Assembly (NCBI GenBank): GCA_028716245.1
Contig: JAQUQW010000001.1
Span: forward strand, 296,793-360,792
Origin: Candidatus Omnitrophota bacterium
GTDB lineage: Bacteria > Omnitrophota > Gorgyraeia > Gygaellales > Profunditerraquicolaceae
DNA: 64,000 nt
Reading direction: 5' to 3'
Translations under genes and position numbers: made by a program
The notes under the pieces: generated by a model
Seen by the model: the letters and a program-made list of their open reading frames with translations, nothing else
The model's database searches: none
What the model was told of the DNA's origin: nothing
In this document: positions 48,770 to 58,828 of the stretch, piece by piece
Position numbering within the stretch: position 1 is the stretch's first letter
Layout: every line of letters starts with the position of its first letter

Positions 48770-49483
48770 ATGCCTAAATTGGGAGTAAACATTGATCATG
48801 TAGCTACTCTTCGCCAGGCGCGCAGGGGAATCTTTCCGGATCCCGTATACGCGGCATTTTTATGCGAAGAAGCCGGCGCCGATAGTATCGTGGCGCATTT
48901 AAGGGAAGACCGCAGGCACATTCAGGATGAGGATATCCGCCTTCTGCGTAAAAAAATCAGGACTAAACTTAATCTGGAGATGTCCATTGCTCCGCAGATT
49001 CTAAAGATTGCCTGTAAAATTAAGCCCTACCAGGCTACTCTGGTACCCGAGAATAGAAAAGAACTGACTACTGAAGGCGGGCTGGACGTGATCGGCAACC
49101 TTAAAAAAATTACCTCTGCTTTAAAAAAATTGAAAAACTGCGGGATTCGGGTAAGTTTATTTATTGACCCGGATAAAGATCAGGTTGATGCGGCAAAAAA
49201 ATCCGGGGCCAAGATTATTGAATTGCATACAGGCGGCTATGCCGATGCAAAAAAAATAAAGCGGAAAAGAAAACTGCTTAATCAGATAAAAAATACTGTT
49301 AAATACGCAAAAGCCAAAGGCCTGATAGTTAATGCCGGCCATGGCCTGGATTACGCCAACGTCACAAATATTGCTAAAATTAAAGGAATAGAGGAGCTTA
49401 ATATTGGCTATTCGCTTATCTGCAAGGGGTTATACGTTGGTTTATTTAAAGCGGTTAAAGAGATGCGGAGGTTGATAAAGTAA
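48770..49483 (+). CDS. pdxJ: pyridoxine 5'-phosphate synthase
   Basis: LGVNIDHVATLRQARR and HLREDRRHI motifs. Confidence 0.9.
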   Translation: MPKLGVNIDHVATLRQARRGIFPDPVYAAFLCEEAGADSIVAHLREDRRHIQDEDIRLLRKKIRTKLNLEMSIAPQILKIACKIKPYQATLVPENRKELTTEGGLDVIGNLKKITSALKKLKNCGIRVSLFIDPDKDQVDAAKKSGAKIIELHTGGYADAKKIKRKRKLLNQIKNTVKYAKAKGLIVNAGHGLDYANVTNIAKIKGIEELNIGYSLICKGLYVGLFKAVKEMRRLIK

Positions 49484-49839
49484 TGTTTATCGGCACCGGC
49501 GTAGATATTACCGAGGTCCGGCGGATCCGCCAGGCGATTGAAAAATGGGGAAATGATTTTTTGCGCCGTGTTTTCACGGAAAGCGAGATTGAAAACGCCA
49601 AAACCAAAACTTCTTTCTATCAGCATTTAGCTGGAAGATTCGCGGCCAAAGAAGCAATTTTTAAAGCAGCGGGGGACAAAAAAATATCCTGGCAGGATAT
49701 ACAAATATTGAATAACCGTGAAGGTAAACCGGTCTGCCAGTTTTTAAATGGCCGGGGAAAGAATATTGCCGTGCATATTTCTATTTCACATGTTAAAACC
49801 TATGCGGTTGCCAACGCGGTTATTACGAAGAAAAGCTGA
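49483..49839 (+). CDS. acpS: holo-[acyl-carrier-protein] synthase
   Basis: IGTGVDITEVRRI...FAAKEAIFKA. Confidence 0.85.
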   Translation: MFIGTGVDITEVRRIRQAIEKWGNDFLRRVFTESEIENAKTKTSFYQHLAGRFAAKEAIFKAAGDKKISWQDIQILNNREGKPVCQFLNGRGKNIAVHISISHVKTYAVANAVITKKS

Positions 49840-50656
49840 TTCCCATAAAGTCAGCTATGGGCATATCTTGATTTTGGCCGGCTCAAGCAGGTTTTCCGGA
49901 GCCGGTTTGCTTTGCGCGGAATCAGCTTTACGTTCCGGAGCAGGATTAGTAACATTAGCTATACCCAAAAGTATTAACCTGGCGTTAATTAAAAATAAGG
50001 CAAATGAAATTATGACCTTACCATTACCGGAAACTAAAGAAGGAACATTGAGCCTTAAAGCTTTTACGAAGATAATTTCTTTTCTTAAAAACGCCGATGT
50101 GTTGATCATCGGCCCTGGGCTTGGAAAGAACGCGTCGACTTACGCGCTAATCAGAAAAATTATCAGAAAAACTAAACTGCCCATGGTCCTGGATGCTGAT
50201 GCGCTCAACGCTCTCAATAATCACTTAGAGATACTTAAAACCCACAAAGACAGCCTTATTTTGACACCGCACGAGAGAGAGATGTCTTTGCTCTTTGGGA
50301 TAGATCTTGATTTTATAAAGAAAAACAGGAAATTGGTTGCCAAAAAGTATTCAAAACATTATAATAATATAATTATCCTTAAAGGGCACAATAGCATTGT
50401 AAGTAACGGCAGCGGTCAGTGTTATATAAACAGGACCGGTAATCCCGGAATGGCAACTGCCGGAAGCGGGGACGTATTAAGCGGCATAGTTGGCGCATTC
50501 CTGGCTCAAGGCTTGGATGCGTTTAAGGCGGCAAAATTTGCAACTTATATTCACGGCTTAGCCGGTGACTTGGCAGCAAAAGATAAAACGCAAATGGGAT
50601 TAATTGCCTCGGATATTATCATTAGGATTCCGGATGCGATTAAAAGATGCAGTTAG
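49790..50656 (+). CDS. nnr: ADP-dependent NAD(P)H-hydrate dehydratase (YjeF C-terminal domain family)
   Basis: RKADSHKVSYGHILILAGS...GAGLLCAESALRSGAGLV...GSGDVLSG. The start is uncertain: 49748, 49790 or 49802. It overlaps the acpS 3' end. Confidence 0.7.
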   Translation: MLKPMRLPTRLLRRKADSHKVSYGHILILAGSSRFSGAGLLCAESALRSGAGLVTLAIPKSINLALIKNKANEIMTLPLPETKEGTLSLKAFTKIISFLKNADVLIIGPGLGKNASTYALIRKIIRKTKLPMVLDADALNALNNHLEILKTHKDSLILTPHEREMSLLFGIDLDFIKKNRKLVAKKYSKHYNNIIILKGHNSIVSNGSGQCYINRTGNPGMATAGSGDVLSGIVGAFLAQGLDAFKAAKFATYIHGLAGDLAAKDKTQMGLIASDIIIRIPDAIKRCS

Positions 50657-50657
50657 T

Positions 50658-50730
50658 GCCGGCGTAGCTCAGTTGGCAGAGCGGCTGTTTTGTAAACAGC
50701 GGGTCGGGGGTTCAATTCCTCTCGCCGGCT
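50658..50730 (+). tRNA. tRNA-Thr (anticodon UGU)
   Basis: Manual fold. Acceptor stem GCCGGCG/CGCCGGC, anticodon stem GCTGT/ACAGC with loop TTTGTAA. Confidence 0.85.
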
Positions 50731-50746
50731 TTTGATAAATAAAATC

Positions 50747-50833
50747 GGGCAGGTACCCAAGTTGGTCAAAGGGGACAGACTGTAAATCTGTTGCACTTGT
50801 GCTTCAGAGGTTCGAATCCTCTCCTGCCCACCA
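50747..50833 (+). tRNA. tRNA-Tyr (anticodon GUA), long variable arm, CCA encoded
   Basis: Acceptor stem GGGCAGG/CCTGCCC, anticodon loop CTGTAAA, and a long extra arm. Confidence 0.85.
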
Positions 50834-50850
50834 TTTTAATACTTTCGCAG

Positions 50851-50900
50851 CACCCGGCGCTAATAGGTATTGCGTCGGTGCGCGCTAGGTAGCGCGGGAG
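50851..50900 (+). promoter_or_regulatory. structured leader element copy C, inserted between tRNA-Tyr and tRNA-Gly; its 3' end merges with the tRNA-Gly acceptor stem
   Basis: CACCCGGCGCTAATAGGTATTGCGTCGGTGCGCGCTAGGTAGCGCGGGAG is about 85% identical to the central part of copy B (33631-33690). The terminal GCGGGAG is the first 7 nt of tRNA-Gly. Confidence 0.4.
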
Positions 50901-50964
50901 TAGTTCAGTGGTAGAACAATAGCCTTCCAAGCTATATATGGGGGTTCGATTCCCCTCTCCCGCT
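50894..50964 (+). tRNA. tRNA-Gly (anticodon UCC)
   Basis: Acceptor stem GCGGGAG/CTCCCGC, anticodon stem ATAGC/GCTAT with loop CTTCCAA, discriminator U. Confidence 0.85.
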
Positions 50965-50979
50965 AAAAAACCATCTATT

Positions 50980-52428
50980 ATGGATAGTGCTATAAAAGAG
51001 GTTCTGCCTAAATTAATTGAAGATGCCGACGTAATAGTGCTTTATTTAGACAACCAAGAAAATATTCTTCTCTGTAATAAAAAAGTCCGGGAATTAACCG
51101 GCCTCAAAGATACTGATATTATAGGCAAAAACTGGCTTAAGGTATTATTCAGGCATTCAGATAATAACATTAAGAGAGCTATGTTTAAAGCAGTAATGGA
51201 TGATTCTCTAACTTATAAAAGGCCAAAAGATTTTGAATGCCACATTTTAGATAATTCCGGTAAAAATCGCCTCATCTCCTGGAGTATTAACCCAATCTTG
51301 GACAAAGACAATAAAGTTGAAGCAAGCACGCTCTTTGGACAGGATATTACGGAAATAAAAGGAAGAGGGGCTGCGATAAAAAATATCGATGACTCCTTAA
51401 AAAATATCTTCTCCAGCATAAAAGAATATGCTTTATATGTGATTAATCTTGACGGGAAAATAACTTATGTCGGGATGGGATGCCTTGCCATGCTGGGTTG
51501 GGATAAGAAAGATATTATCTTTAAACATGCCAACATCCTGCATAATATTGAAGGAGAACTGCCTAATTTGGATTTCATCCTAAAACAGGTACGCTTATTG
51601 GGTAAGTACGAAACAGAAACTGAACTGGTTACTAAGGATGAAAAAATTATTCCGGTTATATTGACCGTCAACCAGTTTTTGGACCCTTCAGGTAAGCTTT
51701 CAGGCTTTATTTTTATCGCTAAGGACATGACCGAAAGAAAAAAACTGGAATACCAAATCTTCCAGGCTGAAAAGCTGGCGGCCCTGGGGCAGCTCTCCGC
51801 AGGGATGGCCCATGAGATCAATAACCCTCTTTTTGTTATTTCCGGCAGGTTGGAAATGCTCAAACAGGAAGAAGTCAATCAAAAGGTTAAAGATGCCCTT
51901 AGCTTAATCGGTTCTCAAACCGACCGTATCCGTAATCTCGTTGACAGGATCCTGAGGTTTTCCCGTAAATCAACCACAACTTTGGAACCAATTGACATCA
52001 ATGAGGCTATTGAAGCTGTCCTACCCTGGGTCCAATATAATAAATTGCCAAGCGCTGAAGTTGTCCTTGAGAAATCTTTTACAAAAAATATGCCTAAAAT
52101 CAAAGGAGACCTCCATCAGCTGCAAGAAGTTTTTCTGAATCTCCTGATTAACGCTTATCAATCAATGCCTAACGGAGGAAAAATTAAAATTATTACCAGT
52201 AAATTCGATGACCATTATGCCCAAATCCAGATTATCGATTCAGGGGTGGGAATCCCAGCGCATCATCTCAAAAATATTTTCATGCCTTTTTTTACAACCA
52301 AAAAAGAAGGCTTAGGCTTAGGGTTATCCATTTGCCATAATATTATTAAAAACCATAACGGTTCAATTGAGTTAACGAGTAAAATTAATCAAGGGGCGTC
52401 TTTTACCATTAAACTGCCTTTTATTTAA
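50980..52428 (+). CDS. PAS-domain sensor histidine kinase
   Basis: Two PAS-like regions, the HisKA H-box (GMAHEINNPLFVISGRLEML), and HATPase_c (DSGVGIP...GLGLGLSICHNII). The ATG at 50980 was chosen because the ORF-track start lies inside tRNA-Gly. Confidence 0.8.
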   Translation: MDSAIKEVLPKLIEDADVIVLYLDNQENILLCNKKVRELTGLKDTDIIGKNWLKVLFRHSDNNIKRAMFKAVMDDSLTYKRPKDFECHILDNSGKNRLISWSINPILDKDNKVEASTLFGQDITEIKGRGAAIKNIDDSLKNIFSSIKEYALYVINLDGKITYVGMGCLAMLGWDKKDIIFKHANILHNIEGELPNLDFILKQVRLLGKYETETELVTKDEKIIPVILTVNQFLDPSGKLSGFIFIAKDMTERKKLEYQIFQAEKLAALGQLSAGMAHEINNPLFVISGRLEMLKQEEVNQKVKDALSLIGSQTDRIRNLVDRILRFSRKSTTTLEPIDINEAIEAVLPWVQYNKLPSAEVVLEKSFTKNMPKIKGDLHQLQEVFLNLLINAYQSMPNGGKIKIITSKFDDHYAQIQIIDSGVGIPAHHLKNIFMPFFTTKKEGLGLGLSICHNIIKNHNGSIELTSKINQGASFTIKLPFI

Positions 52429-52440
52429 AAGGAGGTTGGC

Positions 52441-52827
52441 ATGCTCTATAAAATCCTGGTGGTTGATGACGAAGCACCGGTAAGAGAACTATTTGTAGAT
52501 TTATTTAAAAAAGAGGATTGCCAATCTGTCGCCTGCGCAACCGGAGAAGAAGCTTTGGAAATACTTAAAAAAGAAACTTTCGATGTCGTGTTGCTGGATA
52601 TCAAGCTTCCCGGGATGAGCGGCCTGGAGGTACTTAAAAATATCAGGGAGACTCATGTGGACCTTCCGGTGGTTATGATCACGGGGTTTGGGTTCGATGA
52701 GGAGCTGATCGCTAAAACCAAACAATTTGGCTGTGCCGGATATATCGGTAAGAATATGCCTGTGTCCCAAATTATAGTTACTTTCAAACAATTCGTTAAA
52801 ACCGCCAAAGAAAAAGGCTGCCTCTAA
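52441..52827 (+). CDS. single-domain response regulator (CheY-like receiver)
   Basis: ILVVDDE...VLLDIKLPGMSGLEVL has the receiver Asp and no output domain. Confidence 0.8.
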   Translation: MLYKILVVDDEAPVRELFVDLFKKEDCQSVACATGEEALEILKKETFDVVLLDIKLPGMSGLEVLKNIRETHVDLPVVMITGFGFDEELIAKTKQFGCAGYIGKNMPVSQIIVTFKQFVKTAKEKGCL

Positions 52828-53573
52828 TGGGTGAAGAATTCTTAAAACTGGTTTCCATAGATGCCTTTGACCTGGATGATGCCTGGTTTCAATGCCTATC
52901 AGCAATATTGGATAAGGGCCATGTTTATACCATTACCCGCGGAAGCTATGAAGGACAGAAGCGCCTGGAGTTTGATTTTATTTCAGTGCGGGTGCGCAAA
53001 CCCGCGCATCAGATCATTCCGATAATCCCTGAAGGCATGAATATTCCGGCTCCTACCGACATGGATTATATCCAAGGTTATTTAAGCTACCTGCTTACCG
53101 GGGCAAAAACCGAAACCGAAGATTATACTTATGGAGAAAGGTTAGTTGACCCTAAAGTCAAGATTAAACAAAACCGGGATGGCCAAGAATTGATCTTTGA
53201 GATGCCTTTAAATGTAAACCAGATTGAAGAAGTTATCAAGATGTATAAAGAAAAAGGGCATGGTACAAATCAGGCGGTTATGGAGATCGGCATGCCATCG
53301 GATATAAAATTGGCGGACCCGCCGTGTTTGAGGCTCATTGATACGCGGATACGTTACGGTAAACTGCATTTCATACTTTATTTTCGTTCCTGGGATCTCT
53401 GGGGTGGATTTCCATCTAACCTGGGAGGCCTGCAACTGGTAAAACAATATATGGCCGAAGAGATCGGGGTTGGTGATGGAGAAATTATTGCCGTAAGCAA
53501 AGGCCTGCATCTCTATGATTATGTATGGGATTTAGCCAAGTTAAGGACAAACAAAACCAAAGATTTAAAATAA
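52827..53573 (+). CDS. thymidylate synthase-like protein, short archaeal/methanogen-type ThyA fold
   Basis: PPCLRLIDTRIRYGKLHFILYFRSWDLWGGFPSNLGGLQLVKQYMAEEIG...KGLHLYDY parallels the ThyA core (Cys nucleophile, YQRSxD-like, HIY-like). About 248 aa. Confidence 0.5.
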   Translation: MGEEFLKLVSIDAFDLDDAWFQCLSAILDKGHVYTITRGSYEGQKRLEFDFISVRVRKPAHQIIPIIPEGMNIPAPTDMDYIQGYLSYLLTGAKTETEDYTYGERLVDPKVKIKQNRDGQELIFEMPLNVNQIEEVIKMYKEKGHGTNQAVMEIGMPSDIKLADPPCLRLIDTRIRYGKLHFILYFRSWDLWGGFPSNLGGLQLVKQYMAEEIGVGDGEIIAVSKGLHLYDYVWDLAKLRTNKTKDLK

Positions 53574-54572
53574 ATGATGAATAAATTACGCATTGGGATA
53601 TTAGGCGACGGAGGATGGGGAACAACACTGGCAATCTTACTTTCTAATAAGGGGTATCCGGTTACTCTTTGGAGCGCTTTTGAAAATTACGCCAAAGAGA
53701 TGGCTAAAACCAGGCTTAATCCTAAATTTTTACCGGGAATAAAGATCCCGCAAGAAATTAATATTACCGGAGACATCAAATCAGCGGTTAGCGATAAGGA
53801 GATTATTGTACTGGCAATCCCTTCACAATATAGCCAGTCGGTATTAAAAAAGGCCAAGCCCTGCTTTTCTAAAAAATCTATTTTTTTAAGCGTGACCAAG
53901 GGGATTGAAATCGGTTCACTAAAAAGAATCTCGGAAGTAATTTACGCAGAACTCGGGCAGGTCAAGCTGGCGGTGTTAAGCGGCCCGACTATCGCCCAGG
54001 AGGTAGCCAAAGGAATCCCGACTACCGCGGTAGTAGCTTGCGCTAATAAAAAAATACGCAAAACAATTCAGTCGGTATTTAGCAGTGAAAAATTCAGGGT
54101 ATATACCAACCCGGACCTGGTTGGTGTGGAGTTGGGCGGCAGCTTAAAAAACGTAATTGCGATCGCCTGCGGAGTTTCCGACGGATTAGGATTTGGGACA
54201 AACACCAAAGCGGCGATCCTTACCCGGGGGCTTGCCGAGATGTCCCGGCTGGGCGAGGCGATGGGGGCAAAATTAAAGACTTTTAGCGGAATTAGTGGGT
54301 TAGGGGACCTAGTTACCACCTGCATAAGCCGCCAGAGCCGCAATCGGATGGTCGGAGAACTGATCGGGCAAGGTAAAAGCTTAAAAGAAATTTACCGGCA
54401 TATGCAAATGGTTGCCGAAGGAGTACCTACGGCAAAATCCGCTTACGCGTTAAGCAAAAAATACAAGATCGATATGCCGATCACCAAAGAAGTGTATCGG
54501 CTGCTTTATATGCATAAATCTCCTCGCAAAGCGGTAAAAGATTTAATGACGAGGAAAAACAAAGAAGAATAA
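53574..54572 (+). CDS. gpsA: NAD(P)H-dependent glycerol-3-phosphate dehydrogenase
   Basis: IGILGDGGWGTTLA, NPDLVGVELGGSLKNVIAIA. Confidence 0.9.
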   Translation: MMNKLRIGILGDGGWGTTLAILLSNKGYPVTLWSAFENYAKEMAKTRLNPKFLPGIKIPQEINITGDIKSAVSDKEIIVLAIPSQYSQSVLKKAKPCFSKKSIFLSVTKGIEIGSLKRISEVIYAELGQVKLAVLSGPTIAQEVAKGIPTTAVVACANKKIRKTIQSVFSSEKFRVYTNPDLVGVELGGSLKNVIAIACGVSDGLGFGTNTKAAILTRGLAEMSRLGEAMGAKLKTFSGISGLGDLVTTCISRQSRNRMVGELIGQGKSLKEIYRHMQMVAEGVPTAKSAYALSKKYKIDMPITKEVYRLLYMHKSPRKAVKDLMTRKNKEE

Positions 54573-54584
54573 ATTACGGCAATA

Positions 54585-54661
54585 CGGGGCGTGGCTCAGC
54601 TTGGTAGAGCGCTTGAATGGGGTTCAAGAGGTCACAGGTTCAAGTCCTGTCGCCCCGACCA
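54585..54661 (+). tRNA. tRNA-Pro (anticodon GGG), CCA encoded
   Basis: C1-G72 acceptor stem (CGGGGCG/CGCCCCG), anticodon stem CTTGA/TCAAG with loop ATGGGGT. Confidence 0.8.
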
Positions 54662-54695
54662 AATTTAATATTGTAATTTAAAGAAATAAATTTTA

Positions 54696-56048
54696 ATGAA
54701 CAAAAAAATCATAACCTTAATCCTGATTACGGGTACAATTCTTGTTACTGGGCTCTCTCTTCGGGCATCGGCAAAAGAATCCACTAAAAATGAAGCTCAG
54801 AAAAGGCTTTCCCGGGTTAAGGTCGCCTCGCTTTATGAAAATATAACCGATGGGGTTGCCATTAGCAGAAGCATAGACGATACGGTTGGCATTCTCAAAG
54901 ATACAAAAACCGATTTAATATTCCGCGGATTTTGGAAATGGACACCGGTTGTTGATTCTCCGGACAATATCCCTGCGGAGTTACTTAAGCTGTCCGGGGA
55001 TAAAAATCTTAACCCAAAGCAGATTTCTGAAAATCTTAGAAGAAACGGTCATTATTACCAAGAGCTAAAAAGATGGATTTCCGCGATAAAGAATAAACTG
55101 CCTGACATTATCTTTGTTGGAGCAATTCCAGCGCAGACCCTCGGTAGAATCGAATACAATCCGGTTACGGGTAAAGTCTATCCTATGGAAGAGACCTGGA
55201 GGATGGCGCTTAACCCTGCCAAATGGGAAATAGAACAAAATGGTAAACTGGTAACCAAAGAGCAGTTCCAGGAATGGTTTTATGGTGTCCATCCCTACGG
55301 GGGAAAAGCAGAATCTGGCTATGATTGGCGCAAAGCGCCGGCGTTTTTTCCCGATATAACCAATCCCGATTTTCAGGGGCTGCTTTTAAGTTGGGCAAAA
55401 AAACAAATAGACTGCGGCGCGGATGCCATTTGGGTTGACATGCTTTATTACCAGGCCTCCCGCCTTGCCCAAATCGCAAGAGACCTGAACCATCCTTCAG
55501 TAAAAGAATCTGTTTATGCCGCTTCAAAAATCGTGGATGAAATCCATAATTACGGAAAGTCCAGGGGAAAATACATCTACGTAGGAAGCTGGCCCGGACC
55601 TTTTGTTTTAGCGGAATTTAAAGGTCGCAAATTTCCTTATCCTCTGCCTGATCTGGATTTTATCACCATATCCCCATTGAACAAGGAGGTTACGGACAAA
55701 AAACTGGATAATGCAAGATGGGAAAAAGGGATTTCCATCATCAGAAAGAAATTTGGCGATATTCCAATTTTTGCCTTTATAGACTGGGCATTTGATGAAT
55801 CACAAACGGTAATTTTCTCTCAAAAATTAAGCAAAGAGGAGCAAAGGGAAACACTAAAGACATTTGATGAGTCCTTTGCAAAAATGGGGGTGAATTTTAT
55901 TTATCCTATTCATGGCGGCTATATGGGCAGGGGAAAAATTACCACCAATCTTGCCTGGGATAAATACAGGATTTACGATGCCTTAGCTCCGGAATTTGAT
56001 ACCTATGCGACAATAAAGGAACTTGCCCAAAAGAAAACAGAAAAATAA
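54696..56048 (+). CDS. secreted hypothetical protein (450 aa), possible glycoside-hydrolase-like fold
   Basis: Signal peptide MNKKIITLILITGTILVTGLSLRASA. No recognised motifs. No SD upstream. Confidence 0.5.
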   Translation: MNKKIITLILITGTILVTGLSLRASAKESTKNEAQKRLSRVKVASLYENITDGVAISRSIDDTVGILKDTKTDLIFRGFWKWTPVVDSPDNIPAELLKLSGDKNLNPKQISENLRRNGHYYQELKRWISAIKNKLPDIIFVGAIPAQTLGRIEYNPVTGKVYPMEETWRMALNPAKWEIEQNGKLVTKEQFQEWFYGVHPYGGKAESGYDWRKAPAFFPDITNPDFQGLLLSWAKKQIDCGADAIWVDMLYYQASRLAQIARDLNHPSVKESVYAASKIVDEIHNYGKSRGKYIYVGSWPGPFVLAEFKGRKFPYPLPDLDFITISPLNKEVTDKKLDNARWEKGISIIRKKFGDIPIFAFIDWAFDESQTVIFSQKLSKEEQRETLKTFDESFAKMGVNFIYPIHGGYMGRGKITTNLAWDKYRIYDALAPEFDTYATIKELAQKKTEK

Positions 56049-56088
56049 AAAATGGCGGGCTTCTAACTAAAAACATAAGGGAGGACAT

Positions 56089-56448
56089 ATGACAAAGAAA
56101 TATGAAGGCGCGGAAAGAAGAAAATTTCCGCGGGTAGAGGGAAGGTTCATTGTTTCATATAGGATCATCCCGACTAATGATAACGCCGATATAACCCAAA
56201 CTAAGAACTTAAGCCTGGGCGGAATGCTCCTGACCACCAATTGCCAGTTTCCGGTCGGAACAAACCTGGCCCTTGAAATCCGCCTGCCTTTTGATCCGGA
56301 CCCGATTATGATTATCGCCAATGTCCTGGAGTCAAAAGAGATAACCAAGAATATAATCTATGATACCCGGCTGGTTTTTTTGGCAGTGGATGAAAAACAC
56401 CGTAAAGTAATCGCCGAAACCGTCGGCTATTATCTTAAGAAAGGGTAA
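56089..56448 (+). CDS. PilZ-domain c-di-GMP-binding protein
   Basis: RRKFPR (RxxxR) and NLSLGG (D/NxSxGG) c-di-GMP-binding motifs. AGGGAGG RBS. Confidence 0.7.
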   Translation: MTKKYEGAERRKFPRVEGRFIVSYRIIPTNDNADITQTKNLSLGGMLLTTNCQFPVGTNLALEIRLPFDPDPIMIIANVLESKEITKNIIYDTRLVFLAVDEKHRKVIAETVGYYLKKG

Positions 56449-56451
56449 TTT

Positions 56452-57747
56452 ATGAAGAAAATTAATCTTGGCCTGATTGGTTTCGGCAATATCGGCTGCG
56501 GAGTCGTAAAAATCCTGCAGCAAAGAAGATTATTTTTAACTCAAAAAATAGGGGTTGAAATCGTAATTAAAAAAATATGCGATAAGGATATTGCCAGAAA
56601 AAGAGATGTCCGGGTAGATAAAAATTTACTTACCCGTGATGCCAATGAAATAATCAATGATCCCCAGATTGATATCGTAGTCGAATTAATGGGCGGAATC
56701 AACCCGGCAAAAGAATTTATTCTGGCGGCTTTAAAAAAGGGCAAACATATAGTAACCGCCAATAAAGCCCTGCTTGCCGAGTGCGGAAACGAGTTGTTCA
56801 GGGAAGCTGCCGAACGGGGGAAAAATATTTATTTTGAGGCTTCCGTAGGCGCGGGAATCCCCATTATAAAATCAATAAAGGAAGGGCTGGTAGCTAATAA
56901 ATTCAGCTGCATTTTTGGTATTGTCAACGGCACGTCTAATTATGTGCTGACGCAGATGTCTAAAGAAGGCTGTTCTTTTGCCAACGCCATTGGCGCGGCT
57001 AAAGCTAAAGGTTTTGCCGAAAAGGATCCTACCCTGGATATTGAAGGGATTGACTCGGCGCATAAACTGGTATTACTTACTTATCTGGCCTATGGCAGGA
57101 TTGTCAGCGTAAAAGATATTTTTATCGAAGGAATCTCCCAGGTCTCCGCTGCCGATATCGCTTACGCCAAAGAGTTGGGGTACGCGATAAAATTATTGGC
57201 GATTGCTAAAAAGAAGGTTGATGAATTGGAAGTGCGGGTGCATCCGACTTTTTTACCGGTAAACCATTTACTTTCATCTGTGGACGGAGTTTTTAACGCC
57301 ATTTATGTTTCCAGTGACCTGGCAGGAAACCTTATGTTTTATGGGCCCGGAGCAGGGCAATTGCCCGCGGCTTCGGCGGTTGTCTCGGATATCGTTGATC
57401 TTACCCAGGATATCAAAGCGGGCCTGTTCCGGCCGACTTTAAATTCCATTGAAGACAACTCGATTAAAAGCTTGCGTAAGATAGATGAATTTGAAAATAA
57501 ATATTATATCCGCATTGCGGCTGTAGATAAACCGGGGGTATTGGCTAAGGTATCGGGGATCCTGGCAAAATTTGGCATCAGTATCGCTTCAGTAACTCAA
57601 AAAGAAAAATTAAGGGCTCAGGTTGTACCGGTAGTCATGGTTACGCATGAAGTAAAAGAAAAAAATCTGCGTAACGCTTTAAAGATGATCGATCAATTAA
57701 AGGATATCAAAGAAAAATCCATTGCCATAAGAATTGAGGACGTTTAA
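56452..57747 (+). CDS. hom: homoserine dehydrogenase with C-terminal ACT domain
   Basis: [16 protein letters not shown](P)-binding motif, the catalytic region, and C-terminal ACT ([28 protein letters not shown]). Confidence 0.9.
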   Translation: MKKINLGLIGFGNIGCGVVKILQQRRLFLTQKIGVEIVIKKICDKDIARKRDVRVDKNLLTRDANEIINDPQIDIVVELMGGINPAKEFILAALKKGKHIVTANKALLAECGNELFREAAERGKNIYFEASVGAGIPIIKSIKEGLVANKFSCIFGIVNGTSNYVLTQMSKEGCSFANAIGAAKAKGFAEKDPTLDIEGIDSAHKLVLLTYLAYGRIVSVKDIFIEGISQVSAADIAYAKELGYAIKLLAIAKKKVDELEVRVHPTFLPVNHLLSSVDGVFNAIYVSSDLAGNLMFYGPGAGQLPAASAVVSDIVDLTQDIKAGLFRPTLNSIEDNSIKSLRKIDEFENKYYIRIAAVDKPGVLAKVSGILAKFGISIASVTQKEKLRAQVVPVVMVTHEVKEKNLRNALKMIDQLKDIKEKSIAIRIEDV

Positions 57748-58828
57748 AGTGTGTGAACAAGGCTATAAAGGGATAATCCAAAAGTACAAACGTTTCTTAC
57801 CGGTCAATGACCAGACACCGGTAATTACGCTAAACGAAGGGAATACTCCCTTAATTTATGCCGGTTATTTAAGTAAATTGGCCGGTGATAATATTGAAGT
57901 TTACTTAAAATACGAAGGGCTTAATCCTACCGGTTCATTCAAAGACAGGGGGATGACCCTGGCCATATCCAAGGCCTGCCAGGAGAAGGCTAGCGCGGTT
58001 ATGTGCGCTTCCACCGGAAATACATCCGCATCCGCGGCTGCCTATGCGGCACGGGCAGGAATAAAATGCATTGTACTTATTCCCAGCGGTGCGATTGCGC
58101 TGGGAAAACTTAGCCAAGCGTTAATTCATGGGGCAAAAGTCCTGGCGATTAAAGGTAATTTTGATGCGGCGCTGGATCTGGTAAAAGAAATTACTAAAAA
58201 ATACCCCATCGTATTGGTAAACTCTTTGAACCCTTACCGCATCGAAGGGCAAAAAACCGCCAGCTTTGAAATATGCGACTATTTAGGCGATGCGCCGGAT
58301 TTCCAAATCATGCCGGTAGGAAATGCGGGTAATATTACTGCCTACTGGAAAGGATACAAAGAATATAAAACACAAAACTTAAGCAAAAAGCTTCCGGTTA
58401 TGCTAGGCTTCCAGGCAGAAGGAGCCGCGCCCATTGTCAGAGGCAAACCAATCAAGAATCCGCAGACTATTGCTACTGCCATTCGTATCGGAAACCCGGC
58501 AAGCTGGAAAAGCGCGGTCGAGGCGCGTGATGAATCCGCGGGGTTAATTGACCTGGTTTCGGATGCCCAAATTCTTGAGGCTTATAGAATACTGGCTGAA
58601 AAAGAAGGGGTATTCGCTGAACCGGCTTCGGCAGCTTCGGTCGCCGGGCTTTTAAAATTAATCAATAACGGATATTTTAAAAAAACCGGCCTGAATAATA
58701 AATACCGGATCGTCTGCGTATTAACCGGGCACGGCTTAAAAGACCCTGAGCGGGCGATTAAAACAATTAAGCATCCGAAGGTTATCCGGGCGGATTTAAA
58801 AACAATAATTAAAGAAATTGGCTACTAA
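57734..58828 (+). CDS. thrC: threonine synthase
   Basis: PLP-lysine motif [11 protein letters not shown] and the GNAGN glycine loop. Follows hom. Confidence 0.85.
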   Translation: MRTFKVCEQGYKGIIQKYKRFLPVNDQTPVITLNEGNTPLIYAGYLSKLAGDNIEVYLKYEGLNPTGSFKDRGMTLAISKACQEKASAVMCASTGNTSASAAAYAARAGIKCIVLIPSGAIALGKLSQALIHGAKVLAIKGNFDAALDLVKEITKKYPIVLVNSLNPYRIEGQKTASFEICDYLGDAPDFQIMPVGNAGNITAYWKGYKEYKTQNLSKKLPVMLGFQAEGAAPIVRGKPIKNPQTIATAIRIGNPASWKSAVEARDESAGLIDLVSDAQILEAYRILAEKEGVFAEPASAASVAGLLKLINNGYFKKTGLNNKYRIVCVLTGHGLKDPERAIKTIKHPKVIRADLKTIIKEIGY

